DNA of 64,000 nucleotides from Thalassospira sp. (GCF_048059015.1 NZ_JBLLNT010000005.1:172034-236033); one strand, 5' to 3'. Positions 47,455-58,036 are shown, numbered from the stretch's first letter. Numbers and translations: made by a program. The notes: generated from the letters alone by a model not told the origin.

Positions 47455-48261
47455 ATGTTTGAACATTTTGCCCCACGGTCTTTGCGGCGTTTTGCCGCGG
47501 CGGGCCTTTTTGCCGCAGCACTTGGATTTGGCACCCTGCCCTTGAGCGCATCTGCACAGGAAGCAGCATGCGACACCATCACTGTTTCAAGCCATAGCAA
47601 CTACCCGCCCTATAGCTACCTGAAGGATGATGTTTTTCAGGGGGCTGCGATTGAACTTATTCAGCTGATCGGCAAGGACATCGGGGTAAAAATCGATGTG
47701 CAAAACATCGGTCCTTGGATGCGTGCCATCACGACTTTGCGCCACGGTGGCATTGACCTGCTCACAACGGTGTATCTCGTACCTGAACGGATGGGCGATC
47801 TGGCCTATACTCGACCCTATGTCGAAGATCCGATTGTTGTGTTTACTGTTGGCGATACTCCACCTTCACATCATGAACGCAATGACCTGATCGGACTTGT
47901 CGGCGTTACGACACGCGGCGAAAGTCGGGGTGAAGAGTTTGATGCCTTTATGGCAAACTCCCTGAATATGATGACGGTCAATAGTGCAGATCAGATCATC
48001 AACATGCTTGATCAGAAGCGTGCCGACTACGGATTACAGGGGCTTTATTCGCTTAAGGAAGCGCAGAAAAGAACATCACCGCGAAGTAAACTTTGGATCA
48101 CGGATGTTCCGATCAGTTCAGCAAAGATGTGTATGGCATTCGCACGAACATCGCCCTGCACAAAGTGGATACCAGCAATCAATGCCGAAATTGAACGGCG
48201 GATTGCCGACGGAACGGTAACTGGTTTGATGGCAAAACACGCTGCACTGACAGGCTATTAG
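47455..48261 (+). CDS. Family-3 periplasmic substrate-binding protein (tandem paralogue)
   Basis: YPPYSY, GPWMRA, PYVEDPIVVFT, GVTTRG shared with the previous gene. Confidence 0.82.
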   Translation: MFEHFAPRSLRRFAAAGLFAAALGFGTLPLSASAQEAACDTITVSSHSNYPPYSYLKDDVFQGAAIELIQLIGKDIGVKIDVQNIGPWMRAITTLRHGGIDLLTTVYLVPERMGDLAYTRPYVEDPIVVFTVGDTPPSHHERNDLIGLVGVTTRGESRGEEFDAFMANSLNMMTVNSADQIINMLDQKRADYGLQGLYSLKEAQKRTSPRSKLWITDVPISSAKMCMAFARTSPCTKWIPAINAEIERRIADGTVTGLMAKHAALTGY

Positions 48262-48390
48262 TGACCAAATTAACCGGACAGAAATGATTTACGGGCCTAT
48301 TCTTACGAAAAAAATTATAGACTGATGATCAATTTGGGCCATTTCATTGATTGGAATCCCAATTAGACGACCCGGGGGATTGGGGGAATA

Positions 48391-49185
48391 ATGTCGTTTA
48401 CGACAATTTTAGGCATCATGGTTGGCCTTGGACTATTTATCGGATCGATATTGATCTCGACCGATAATTACTTGGTCTTTGTCAGCCTTTCGAGCGCACT
48501 GATGGTGATTGGCGGAACGCTTGCGGCGACCTTTATCGCCTATGAAGCGCGCTATGTGCTGCTTGCCTTGAAACTGATATTCAAAATTTTTCGTGCCCCA
48601 CAGATGGGACGTGGCCAACTGACAGGGGAAGTTGGCCGTGTTGTCAAATGGGGCTATCTGCTTCAGAAAAAGGGCATCAACGCCCTTGAGCAGGAAGCAG
48701 AACGTGTTGGCAAGGATGAGCCTTTTCTGGGCTGGGCCATGGAAGTGATCATCACCGGCTATGACGGTGAAGAAACCGCCGAAATGCTCCATAACGCGAT
48801 TGATAACTCGTTTAACCGTAACCTTGTGCCTGTTGCGATCCTTAAAAGCATGGCTGCTGCTGCACCGGCATTTGGCATGATCGGGACACTGGTTGGTCTC
48901 GTCATCATGCTTGATAAAATGGCGGATGATCCAACGTCACTTGGCGCAGGTCTGGCAATTGCACTGATCACGACGTTGTATGGCATTGTTGCTGCGCGCT
49001 TTTTCTTTATGCCAGCTGCCAGCAAGATCCAGCAGCGCGAAGAAATCATGCGGTTTCGCAACTATCTGATCGCAGAAGGCCTGATCATGTTGGCCGACCG
49101 CAAGGGTCCGCGCGCCATTCAGGACAGAATGAACTCGTTCCTTGATCCTGCCATCCACTTCAATATCGACAAATCGTCGAAATAA
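48391..49185 (+). CDS. motA: Flagellar stator MotA/PomA
   Basis: APAFGMIGTLVGL, ALITTLYG. Confidence 0.88.
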   Translation: MSFTTILGIMVGLGLFIGSILISTDNYLVFVSLSSALMVIGGTLAATFIAYEARYVLLALKLIFKIFRAPQMGRGQLTGEVGRVVKWGYLLQKKGINALEQEAERVGKDEPFLGWAMEVIITGYDGEETAEMLHNAIDNSFNRNLVPVAILKSMAAAAPAFGMIGTLVGLVIMLDKMADDPTSLGAGLAIALITTLYGIVAARFFFMPAASKIQQREEIMRFRNYLIAEGLIMLADRKGPRAIQDRMNSFLDPAIHFNIDKSSK

Positions 49186-49196
49186 GGGGTATCGCA

Positions 49197-49892
49197 ATGG
49201 CACGCCGCAGCAAATCACGCATGCAACCGGTCGAAGAAGAGGAAGTCAACGAAGACTGGCTTGCCACCTATGCCGATGCCATTACGCTTCTGATGGCGTT
49301 CTTCGTGATGCTGGTAAGCTTTTCAAAAATCGAAATTCCGATCTTTGAGAAGGTTCAGGCTGGTATCGCAGAAGAAATCGGTAAACGCGATGTTGTGCGC
49401 CCGACACAGGTGCTTGAGACCGATCTCAAGGACGTTGTCTTTAACATGGCGATGGACAGTGCTGTGTCGGTTTCGACCGATGACGAAGGCATCCTGATGG
49501 AGATGGGCAGTGGATCATTCTTTCAGCCGGGCTCAGCCAATCTGACCAACGATGCTGTTCTGTTCCTTAAGGATATTGGCGATCTGTTACAGGAACCAAG
49601 ATATCTTGGCTTCCAGATTGAGGTAACTGGCCATACAGATGACAGCCCGATCAGTTCGCCACGTTTTCCGTCAAACTGGGAACTTGCTGCTGGCCGCGCG
49701 ATTGCGGTTGTCAGGTTCTTCCACGCACTGGGTGTAGACCCGGATGGCAAACGCATGCGTGCGATTTCTTATGGTGACACCAAACCAAAACTTCCGAACC
49801 GCGATGATTTTGGCAATCCGATCCCGGAAAACCGCGAAGCAAACCGACGCATTGAAATCAGGGTCTTCCCCAAATATTCGCGGGTCTTCTGA
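49197..49892 (+). CDS. motB: Flagellar stator MotB/PomB
   Basis: WLATYADAITLLMAFFV, GHTD, SNWELA, NRRIEI. Confidence 0.9.
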   Translation: MARRSKSRMQPVEEEEVNEDWLATYADAITLLMAFFVMLVSFSKIEIPIFEKVQAGIAEEIGKRDVVRPTQVLETDLKDVVFNMAMDSAVSVSTDDEGILMEMGSGSFFQPGSANLTNDAVLFLKDIGDLLQEPRYLGFQIEVTGHTDDSPISSPRFPSNWELAAGRAIAVVRFFHALGVDPDGKRMRAISYGDTKPKLPNRDDFGNPIPENREANRRIEIRVFPKYSRVF

Positions 49893-49902
49893 TCGACGTC
49901 AT

Positions 49903-49932
49903 AAAAAAGGGAGCCTTGCGGCTCCCTTTTTT
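49903..49932. terminator. Bidirectional intrinsic terminator
   Basis: AAAAAAGGGAGCC-ttgc-GGCTCCCTTTTTT. Confidence 0.88.
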
Positions 49933-49950
49933 AGTTCGATCGCTTACCAT

Positions 49951-50775
49951 TTACTCAACATGCAGAACCATCTCATCACGTGCGGCAAAGGCGCCAGACC
50001 AGGTTGATCGGGCCTTTTGCTCAATCACGGTCATGGCAGCATCATTGTGGTCCGGGTCATGATGGAACAGTGCAAGTTTCTTGGCATTCGCCGCCCGGCA
50101 CAGACGAATGCCTTCTTGCCAGGTTGAATGCCCCCATCCGACTTTTTGCGGGAATTCTTCGTCGGTATATGTGCTGTCGTAAATCACCAGATCGGCATTC
50201 TGAATGAAATCAAGAATGACCTCGTCGGGCTTGCCAGGTTCATGCTCTGTATCGGTGACATAACACACCGCATTGCCATCATGCTCGACCCTGAATGCCG
50301 TCGCACCGTTGGGATGACGCAAGGGGGCTGTCTTGATCTCAATGCCATCCGCCGGGCGCAAAACAGCGCCGACCTTAAAATCTTCAAAGGTCAGCTTTGA
50401 TTGCATCGCTGACAGCGGTACTGGAAATGTCGGATTGGCCATCTGGGCGGAAAAGACGCTTTCGACCCCGCCTTGATCGGTCAGATGCCCTGCCATCACA
50501 TGGAAGGACGCATTGGGGTTATAAGCCGGGACAAAGAACGGAAACCCGTTGATATGGTCCCAATGGGTATGGGTCAGAAAGATCGTCGCGCTGGTGACCT
50601 TACGGCGGATTAAATCCTTACCAAGGTTGCGAATGCCGGTTCCCGCATCAAAGATCAACACCTCATCCCCGATCCGCATTTCAAGGCAGCTGGTATTCCC
50701 GCCATAAACAACGTGATCAGGTGACGGGCATGCGATGCTGCCACGCACCCCCCAGAATTTAACCTCAATCGCCAT
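49951..50775 (-). CDS. MBL-fold hydrolase (phosphodiesterase-like)
   Basis: FWGVRGSIACP, YGGNTSC, THTHWDHINGFPFF, GWGHS, FHHDP. Confidence 0.9.
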   Translation of the reverse strand: MAIEVKFWGVRGSIACPSPDHVVYGGNTSCLEMRIGDEVLIFDAGTGIRNLGKDLIRRKVTSATIFLTHTHWDHINGFPFFVPAYNPNASFHVMAGHLTDQGGVESVFSAQMANPTFPVPLSAMQSKLTFEDFKVGAVLRPADGIEIKTAPLRHPNGATAFRVEHDGNAVCYVTDTEHEPGKPDEVILDFIQNADLVIYDSTYTDEEFPQKVGWGHSTWQEGIRLCRAANAKKLALFHHDPDHNDAAMTVIEQKARSTWSGAFAARDEMVLHVE

Positions 50776-50884
50776 TCAATAGGTCCCGTCCAAGGATTAA
50801 CAGTTCGATACGGATCACTGCTGCAACGTCATTGAAAGATAACATTTTATCGTCACAAACCAACCAAGGATTGCGTCAATGAAG

Positions 50885-51619
50885 TTAGCGCGCGTTTACC
50901 GGCGTTCCGATACGCGCACCAAACACCTGATCAGCCCGTCCGCAATTAACTGCGACTTCACAAAGGCCAATCGAATTACAGTAATGGAAACCCTCCCCCG
51001 GGCGGACATCAGAAAATGTACGGGCCTTTGATATCAGATGATCACCAATCATCAGTTTTTCTTCGCCTTCTCGCGCCATCATCCCGGTCATGAGGTTGCC
51101 ATAGGTATCGATATAGATCACCTCTGACAGCTGATCAGGCCATGACTGGGGCTCTGCACAACGATCGGTAATGGCAAGATCCTTGGCCGCAAACGTCCGC
51201 TTGGTCGCAAGCATTGCTGCCACCGGCGCAAAAATGTCGCGCCCATGAAAACTGGCCGATGTCTCATTGGGTGACCAAACAATTTCCTGGATCGAAATAT
51301 CCGACGATCGACGAATGATGATTTCAAACAACCCGTTGTCCGGGCCGACATATGTAACCCCATCAGCCCGCACCACCAGACCCTTTCGCACACTGCCGAC
51401 GCCGGGATCAACGACCGCAAGAACCACGTCACCCTTTGTAAATTCGCGGGTCAATGCGGCGAGAAGATAACTCGACGCTTTCGGGTTTCGATCCGGCGCA
51501 TCAAGCATCAACTCACAAACAGCAACATCTGGCGCATTGCGCATCACAACAGAACGCATCGTCCCGCTATAGGGCCCATTCACGCCAAAATCGCTGAAGA
51601 TAAAGATCATCTGTCGCAT
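50885..51619 (-). CDS. SAM hydrolase/halogenase (DUF62) family protein
   Basis: SDFG, VVDPGVGS, GPDNG, SFHGRDIFAP, IDTYGN. Confidence 0.9.
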   Translation of the reverse strand: MRQMIFIFSDFGVNGPYSGTMRSVVMRNAPDVAVCELMLDAPDRNPKASSYLLAALTREFTKGDVVLAVVDPGVGSVRKGLVVRADGVTYVGPDNGLFEIIIRRSSDISIQEIVWSPNETSASFHGRDIFAPVAAMLATKRTFAAKDLAITDRCAEPQSWPDQLSEVIYIDTYGNLMTGMMAREGEEKLMIGDHLISKARTFSDVRPGEGFHYCNSIGLCEVAVNCGRADQVFGARIGTPVNAR

Positions 51620-51709
51620 GTCCTTTGATGGTTGCTTGTCGCGGAGACAAAAACGCCGGTGGAAATGTGATCCCCACCGGCGTTTATATGGGTCGTCAGA
51701 TCAGAAGTT

Positions 51710-53122
51710 CTATTTCACTTCGCAGAACTGTCCACGACGTTTCAGATCAGCACAAAGTGACTGAGCAGCACTGTCGCTCAGCCCGGTTGCCATCAGTCGG
51801 TAATAGGTCCCTTTACCGGGAATGGCCGCACGGGTAACACTATGCTGAAGTGGTGATAATTGGGTGTAGCGACCTTTCAGTATCTGCCAACCGCGCTCTG
51901 CCTGACCTTCGTTACGATATGATGCAAGGTGAACAGAACGCCCACCCGATGACATTGCAGAACTTGCAGATGCCATTGTATCCGGCTTTGCCATTTCATC
52001 GGCCGACTGAACCGGGCGACTTTCACCCGTTGCAACACGGCGGACCGGCTCACCGGCATTGAGCGTCATGACGTTGCCTTGTGCTGGCTCAACAATCGCT
52101 GCCTCAATCGCATCACGTTCACGTTTAAACTCGTCTGCTGTGACCAGCTTCATCTGTTGCAGATCTTCAATACGTGCAATCTGGCGTGCTGCGTCCATCA
52201 AGCCCTGTGGTGCTGGAAGCGGCGTTGCGCGCTGACGCGGTTGCGCTGGCAAAAGCGCATCAAGGATGGCAGTGCGTTCCGCAACATGTTCCTGCACGGT
52301 GATCGCACCAATTTGCAGATTGCGGTTCAACTGGTTCAAACGTTGTTCGACCTGCGATCCTTCTGGCGGCGGGTTATTTAGAAACGCCGAAGGTGCAGGC
52401 TGGCTCATTGGCAGAAGCGCACCAAGGTTTGCAGAGCGACGTGCGGAATATTCTTCTGGTGTCACAAGGCCATTGGCCTGAAGGTTGCGCAGGATCGCAA
52501 AACGTTTGGCAATCGCCTCATCACTTGCGTTGAGCGCCGCACCAGCCGGAATATCCATCGACTTTGTGGCGCTGCTTGTCATCATTGGCGAAGCAGCTGG
52601 CTGGCTCATTCCTGCGGAAGATGCAGGGCCTGCATTTCCGAGCCCCGATGGTCCCGTTACAATCTGATCATTGATACTAAGAGAACCCGGCAAGCCGCGC
52701 TGAAGGCGCATCAGATTAAATTCTGCAGCATCACGCAGCGGCCGTGGCTGTGTACCAGATGCCGTCGACATCAATACAGTCCCAGCCGGGTTCATCGCAA
52801 TAAGCGTGTCGTAACCATCGCGCGCGCGATCCGGGCGGTTGGTGTTTTGATATAGAACCGAGCGCCAGAGCATCGCATGACCGTCTTGCGGATTCTTGCG
52901 AAGGGCTTCGTCAAAAAGCTTTTCGGCTGAGGCATAGTCACCGGTCGCCAACTGCTGCAGACCCAAAGCAGTGTAGTTATCATCTGCGAAGGAAGTCGCT
53001 TCGTCCCAGAAGTCCTGATCCAGCAGCGGCGCACAGGCCGACACCCATGAAACCATACCGATCACAGCAATCCCCTTGCCGATCTTCAGCCAGTTTCCGG
53101 TCCGCTTTGCGGATACCTGCAT
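51710..53122 (-). CDS. Lipoprotein with TPR, SHOCT-like repeats and C-terminal SPOR domain
   Basis: Lipobox WVSAC; TPR-like helices; VHLASY...GTYYRL SPOR pattern. Confidence 0.78.
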   Translation of the reverse strand: MQVSAKRTGNWLKIGKGIAVIGMVSWVSACAPLLDQDFWDEATSFADDNYTALGLQQLATGDYASAEKLFDEALRKNPQDGHAMLWRSVLYQNTNRPDRARDGYDTLIAMNPAGTVLMSTASGTQPRPLRDAAEFNLMRLQRGLPGSLSINDQIVTGPSGLGNAGPASSAGMSQPAASPMMTSSATKSMDIPAGAALNASDEAIAKRFAILRNLQANGLVTPEEYSARRSANLGALLPMSQPAPSAFLNNPPPEGSQVEQRLNQLNRNLQIGAITVQEHVAERTAILDALLPAQPRQRATPLPAPQGLMDAARQIARIEDLQQMKLVTADEFKRERDAIEAAIVEPAQGNVMTLNAGEPVRRVATGESRPVQSADEMAKPDTMASASSAMSSGGRSVHLASYRNEGQAERGWQILKGRYTQLSPLQHSVTRAAIPGKGTYYRLMATGLSDSAAQSLCADLKRRGQFCEVK

Positions 53123-53439
53123 GGCGCCAATCCCCTATTCTCTTACATCTGTTTTGGAAACCCGATCGTGCTGCTGTCCCGATAGCTTATGCAACTCGAC
53201 ACCAGTTTCCCCCATACCGCATTGATTTTGCACTCTGCTTGCCAACAATTCGTTAAAACAAAAACATCTGTCAATTTGATGGCGCACTTGTCCTAGCTTA
53301 CAGATCATTCATATAAAGAAGAGCGGATAGGATATTAACCTGACCTTCAGAACATTATGATTTGATAAGGCTCCGCCGTTCAGTGTAATGAACGAGCCGA
53401 TAAATACGAAAAAACACTACTTTCTTTCAGGGGTCGCGC

Positions 53440-54693
53440 GTGATTGAACCGCAGCAATATGGCCAACAGGCCCTACAGGAATATCTGTTGCTGGATTATG
53501 TACAACGACTGGAAACCCGTAAATACGGGCACCGGGCTGTGCATATTCACCTGTCACGCATGAAGCCGTTCCATCGTCGCGACTATCACATTCGCGTGGC
53601 GACCAATACCTTTGAAAGCTATGTTAAGCTTTATGTCGGGCGTATTTTTGTTCTGACCAACAACGACCTGATCTTTGTCTGGAAAGACAAATCGATCGCC
53701 GACGTTGAGCCCGCAGTTGATACGCTGCGTTATCTTTTCCGCGATGATCCGCTCTCGCAGGATGAAAGCGAAGAAACCGGTTTCTGCACCTGGTACAACC
53801 TTAATACTGAATTCCAGGAATTCCTTCTGCTGTGCCAGCACCTTGATGAGCGCGCAAAGAAGTTGCAGCAAAGCAGCAATATGCGTACGGCAATTCAGCG
53901 AGAAAAAGACGAAACTCTTCGTCCGATTGATGCAGAAAACCTCGCTCAGCTGGAAGAAACCATTCACTCCGCAGACCTCTCTGAACATATCCGCCAGCAG
54001 CCGGTTTGTGTTTTTGCGCATGGCAGCTCCAGGGAGCTCCATCCGGTTTTTGATGAGTTCTTTGTCTCGATTGCTGATTTGCGTAATGCGTTGATGCCAA
54101 ATATCGATCTTGCATCAAACCGCTGGCTGTTCCAGCACATGACCGAAGTTCTCGACAAACGCATGCTGAACTATTTGTGCAAGCGAACGTTCAAGACACA
54201 TGCGAGCTCGTTTTCGATCAATCTCAATCTTGGCACCTTGACTTCGCGGGACTTTGACAAGTTCGATGAAACAGTCCGCAGTAAATGGCCTGGCAACGTG
54301 ATCATTGAGCTTAATCAGGTTGATCTGTTTTCAAACCTCGAGACCTATCTCAAGGTACGTGACGATTTCCATAAACGTGGTTACCGCATTCTGATCGACA
54401 ACCTCACGGTTGAGTTGCTTTCATTTGTCGACCGCAACAGCCTGAAGGCAGACTTCATCAAGGTCGCATGGCGCGAAGAGATGACCGATAACGTCATCCG
54501 CAAAAAGTATTCCGAGATGGATACGCTGGTGAAGAACTCGGGCCGAGAACGCGTAATTCTCTGTCGCTGTGATACCCCGACCGCAATCAAGTTTGGCCAG
54601 TCGCTTGGCATCACCTTGTTCCAGGGACGCTATATCGACCACATGATGGCCCGTCAGCGTCGCGCCAAACGGGCTGCCCAGCAAAAGAAATAA
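53440..54693 (+). CDS. Degenerate EAL-domain protein
   Basis: EAL order retained (QQPV, SINL, IEL, FIKV, QGRY) but catalytic motifs replaced; GTG start. Confidence 0.7.
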   Translation: MIEPQQYGQQALQEYLLLDYVQRLETRKYGHRAVHIHLSRMKPFHRRDYHIRVATNTFESYVKLYVGRIFVLTNNDLIFVWKDKSIADVEPAVDTLRYLFRDDPLSQDESEETGFCTWYNLNTEFQEFLLLCQHLDERAKKLQQSSNMRTAIQREKDETLRPIDAENLAQLEETIHSADLSEHIRQQPVCVFAHGSSRELHPVFDEFFVSIADLRNALMPNIDLASNRWLFQHMTEVLDKRMLNYLCKRTFKTHASSFSINLNLGTLTSRDFDKFDETVRSKWPGNVIIELNQVDLFSNLETYLKVRDDFHKRGYRILIDNLTVELLSFVDRNSLKADFIKVAWREEMTDNVIRKKYSEMDTLVKNSGRERVILCRCDTPTAIKFGQSLGITLFQGRYIDHMMARQRRAKRAAQQKK

Positions 54694-54723
54694 GTCATTC
54701 AAGCACTGACACCGCATTAACAG

Positions 54724-54753
54724 AAAAGGTCGGCCATTGCGTCGGCCTTTTTT
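54724..54753 (+). terminator. Intrinsic terminator
   Basis: AAAAGGTCGGC...GTCGGCCTTTTTT. Confidence 0.7.
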
Positions 54754-54832
54754 CATGTCAGCTCCTGACAGAAACTGACAGCAGTCGCGTCGACCGCCCC
54801 ATCAATCACATTTTCGCCCCTTGGCAGAACAG

Positions 54833-54847
54833 GAACAAAAACAGTAC
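54833..54847 (+). promoter_or_regulatory. LexA box upstream of dinB
   Basis: GAACaaaaacaGTAC matches GAAC-N7-G(A/T)AC, 8 nt before the ATG. Confidence 0.7.
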
Positions 54848-54855
54848 AAATAGAC

Positions 54856-56223
54856 ATGATCTATGCGCTGTGCCCCGATTGCCATCACAAGTGGCGACTG
54901 AACATTGACAGGCCGCTTCCCAAAAGCGGTACCGGTTCATATGTGCCCTGCCCGATCTGCAGCGGCAAACGGGCCATAGCACACGCAGAACTGCCAGATC
55001 TGTCGATCGGGCATCTGGATTGCGATGCCTTTTATGCCTCAATTGAAAAACGCGACAGGCCGGAGCTAATGGATCAGCCTGTGATCATTGGCGGCGGGCA
55101 TCGCGGTGTGGTTTCGACCTGTTGCTATGTGGCGCGTAAGTTCGGAGTGCGGTCTGCCATGCCCGCATTCAAGGCCCGTGAACTATGCCCGGATGCTGTG
55201 TTTCTGAAGCCTGACATGAAGAAGTATCAGCAAGAAGGCTATCGCGTGCGGGACATGATGCGCGCCCTGACACCTGATATCGAACCGTTGTCGATTGACG
55301 AAGCCTTCATGGATCTTTCAAACGCCTTTGAACACCGTGGAAAGTCTGCGGCTGAATGCCTGATTGAGCTTCAAGCCGATATCCGACGTGAAGTCGGCAT
55401 CACCGTATCGATTGGCCTGTCTTACAACAAATTTCTGGCAAAGATTGCATCCGATCTTAACAAGCCATTTGGCTTTTCAATGATTGGCGCGGCCGAGGCC
55501 GTGGGCTTCCTTGCGGACAAGCCCGTGCGCATGATGTGGGGTGTTGGCCCGGCGATGGAGCGGAAGCTTCATGCCGATGGCATCACAACCATCGGCCAAA
55601 TGCAGGAATATGACATCCATGCCCTTCAAGGGCGCTATGGCAGCATCGGCAAACGGTTCTATTACTTCTCACGCGGGCAGGACAATCGCCGGGTCGAGCA
55701 AAGCTCAGAACGGAAAAGCCTGTCATCCGAGACGACCTTTAACGAGGATATTGCAAGCTTTTCAGAACTGTCTGACATCGCAACCCGCCTGACTGCAAGG
55801 GTTGCCAGTGATCTTGCACGCAAGGAAACAGCAGGCCATACCGTAGTTCTGAAACTGAAATCGTCTGACTTCAAAATACGCACACGCAATATGCGTCTGA
55901 CCTATCCCACCTTACGCGAAGACGTCATCCGCGAGGCTGCACTGACACTTCTGAAAAAGGAAGTGGATGGTACGAAATACCGACTGCTGGGTGTAGGCGT
56001 TGCTGATCTGTTTGCTGCGGACCAGGCCGATCCGGTCGATTTATTTGCCGAGGCACAAGCAAATGAGCCTGACATCCGCCAAGACATCGATACGAACGAA
56101 GCAGTATTACCGCGCAAAATCATCGAACTGCCGCGTCCAACGGCTGAGCAAATTCGCGAAAGCCTGACCCGGCGATACAGGCAACACAAAAAGAAACCTG
56201 CACAAAAGCGATTTCCCTTCTGA
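54856..56223 (+). CDS. dinB: DNA polymerase IV with N-terminal Cys4 motif
   Basis: HLDCDAFYASIE, CYVARKFGVRSAMP, SIDEAFMD; CPDC...CPIC. Confidence 0.95.
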   Translation: MIYALCPDCHHKWRLNIDRPLPKSGTGSYVPCPICSGKRAIAHAELPDLSIGHLDCDAFYASIEKRDRPELMDQPVIIGGGHRGVVSTCCYVARKFGVRSAMPAFKARELCPDAVFLKPDMKKYQQEGYRVRDMMRALTPDIEPLSIDEAFMDLSNAFEHRGKSAAECLIELQADIRREVGITVSIGLSYNKFLAKIASDLNKPFGFSMIGAAEAVGFLADKPVRMMWGVGPAMERKLHADGITTIGQMQEYDIHALQGRYGSIGKRFYYFSRGQDNRRVEQSSERKSLSSETTFNEDIASFSELSDIATRLTARVASDLARKETAGHTVVLKLKSSDFKIRTRNMRLTYPTLREDVIREAALTLLKKEVDGTKYRLLGVGVADLFAADQADPVDLFAEAQANEPDIRQDIDTNEAVLPRKIIELPRPTAEQIRESLTRRYRQHKKKPAQKRFPF

Positions 56224-56368
56224 GAAGTCACATAAAACCTATCCCAAACCTATACGATAGGATTATATATTACATCATATCGTTTAATCGATAATCAAAA
56301 GAACACCACCGCGCCCGCACCCAAAAACAAATCAAGCGGCGCGCACTATACTCAGATGGGAGTCTGAA

Positions 56369-57745
56369 TTGTTCGGCGTCGAATTGGATATCCGCACGCT
56401 TGCGTTTATCGCAACGCTGTCTGCGATTGTGCAGGCTATTGCCTTTGTTTCGCTGTCGATGGTTTCACGTCGCGGATTGGGCACCACACTTTGGGCGGTT
56501 GGCGGCGTCTCGATGGCAATTGGCTTTGTGCTTTTGGGCCTGCGCGGCGCAATTTCTGACGTCGCATCCGTGATCATCGCCAATACCCTTCTGACAGCTT
56601 CACACGCATTTTACTGGTTGGGGTTGGAGATATATACCCGCCGCAAGCCAAGCTTCTGGATCAGCGGCACAGTGATCAGCACCCTTGTCCTGTTCTTCAT
56701 CTACTACACAGAAGTCAACAACCACGTGCCGACACGCATTGTAGTGTTATCGGCTGCGTTGTCCTTCCTGTCTCTGGCAAGCGCATATACCCTTTGGTTC
56801 CAGCGCCGTGGGCGTCGTGCTGCACCAGAAACCATTATGGCGGTCACGTTTGCCTTACATGGCTTCTACCACGTGTTTCGCGCGATCTATACCCTTCTTG
56901 ATGATCGCGAAATTGCCAATTTCATGAACGCATCCACCGTTCACATGGTCGCCTTCCTTGATGTGATCCTGTTCCTGCTTCTCACCGCTGTCGGCTTTAC
57001 CGGCATGATCATCATTTCACTCAATACATCGCTACGATCAGAAGTTAAGGCGAAAAACCGGTTATTCACAGTTCTGGCCCACGACCTGCGCGCACCGTTT
57101 GGCGGACTTGCCGGACTATCGCTGCATGCGCAACAAGATCTCGTTGCAGGCAACCCCGGCCAGGCACTTGGCAATATCCGCAAATTGCATTCCTCCACGT
57201 CAGAAACGCTGCGGTTTCTGGATGATCTGTTGATCTGGGGCCGAACATTGTTTGACGACGGCCGACCAGAGCGCAGCGCTGTCAGTGTTGATCAGCTGAT
57301 CGACAATACGATCAAGGCAGTCCGCCCCCTGCTTGAAGCAAAATCTGTAACCATCGCCTATGACCCGCAAAACCTGATGGCACATTGTATTGTTCCGCAT
57401 TCGGAAATGATCTGCAGGAACCTTTTGGTCAATGCGATCAAATATTCCAATCCGCGTAGCACGGTAACGATCACAACGTCTTCGGTCGGCAACCGGATCA
57501 ATGTGCGCATCATTGATCGGGGTACCGGCGTTCCAGATAAGATGATTGCGGATTTCGCCGTGACAAACGCGTCTTATGAATCGACAGAAGGCACGTCTGG
57601 TGAATTGGGTGCGGGTGTTGGCTTGTCGCTTTGTCGCGATTTATGCCGCGAAGATGGCGAGAATATCTGGCTTGAACACAATCCGGATGGCGGCCTGATT
57701 GCGACCTTCACGCTTAGAACTGATGCTTTGGAAAATGCGGCCTGA
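56369..57745 (+). CDS. Membrane sensor histidine kinase
   Basis: About 7 TM helices, LAHDLRAP, NLLVNAIKYS, DRGTG, GVGLSLC; TTG start. Confidence 0.9.
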   Translation: MFGVELDIRTLAFIATLSAIVQAIAFVSLSMVSRRGLGTTLWAVGGVSMAIGFVLLGLRGAISDVASVIIANTLLTASHAFYWLGLEIYTRRKPSFWISGTVISTLVLFFIYYTEVNNHVPTRIVVLSAALSFLSLASAYTLWFQRRGRRAAPETIMAVTFALHGFYHVFRAIYTLLDDREIANFMNASTVHMVAFLDVILFLLLTAVGFTGMIIISLNTSLRSEVKAKNRLFTVLAHDLRAPFGGLAGLSLHAQQDLVAGNPGQALGNIRKLHSSTSETLRFLDDLLIWGRTLFDDGRPERSAVSVDQLIDNTIKAVRPLLEAKSVTIAYDPQNLMAHCIVPHSEMICRNLLVNAIKYSNPRSTVTITTSSVGNRINVRIIDRGTGVPDKMIADFAVTNASYESTEGTSGELGAGVGLSLCRDLCREDGENIWLEHNPDGGLIATFTLRTDALENAA

Positions 57746-57815
57746 ATCAAAAAACGCCCGCCGATAAATCGAACGAGCATTTAGTGATAACGGACAAATC
57801 TTTCCTAAAGAAAGA

Positions 57816-57891
57816 TGGCGTCCCCTAGGGGATTCGAACCCCTGTTGCCGCCGTGAAAGGGCAGTGTCCTAGGCCTCTAGACGAAGGGGAC
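57816..57891 (-). tRNA. tRNA-Glu(UUC), copy 3 in transcript order
   Basis: 76-nt cloverleaf, anticodon TTC, CCA end. Confidence 0.97.
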
Positions 57892-57928
57892 ACAAGCACA
57901 AAGTGCAAATGTCGTGACTTTCGGTTGG

Positions 57929-58004
57929 TGGCGTCCCCTAGGGGATTCGAACCCCTGTTGCCGCCGTGAAAGGGCAGTGTCCTAGGCCTCTAGACGAAGG
58001 GGAC
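57929..58004 (-). tRNA. tRNA-Glu(UUC), copy 2
   Basis: Identical 76-nt copy. Confidence 0.97.
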
Positions 58005-58036
58005 ATAGCACCAATCGAAGTCATGTCGTTAACGAG

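Noticed and set aside
53335-53349. CtrA-like TTAA-N7-TTCA site
   Set aside because: A single imperfect match in AT-rich DNA is expected by chance
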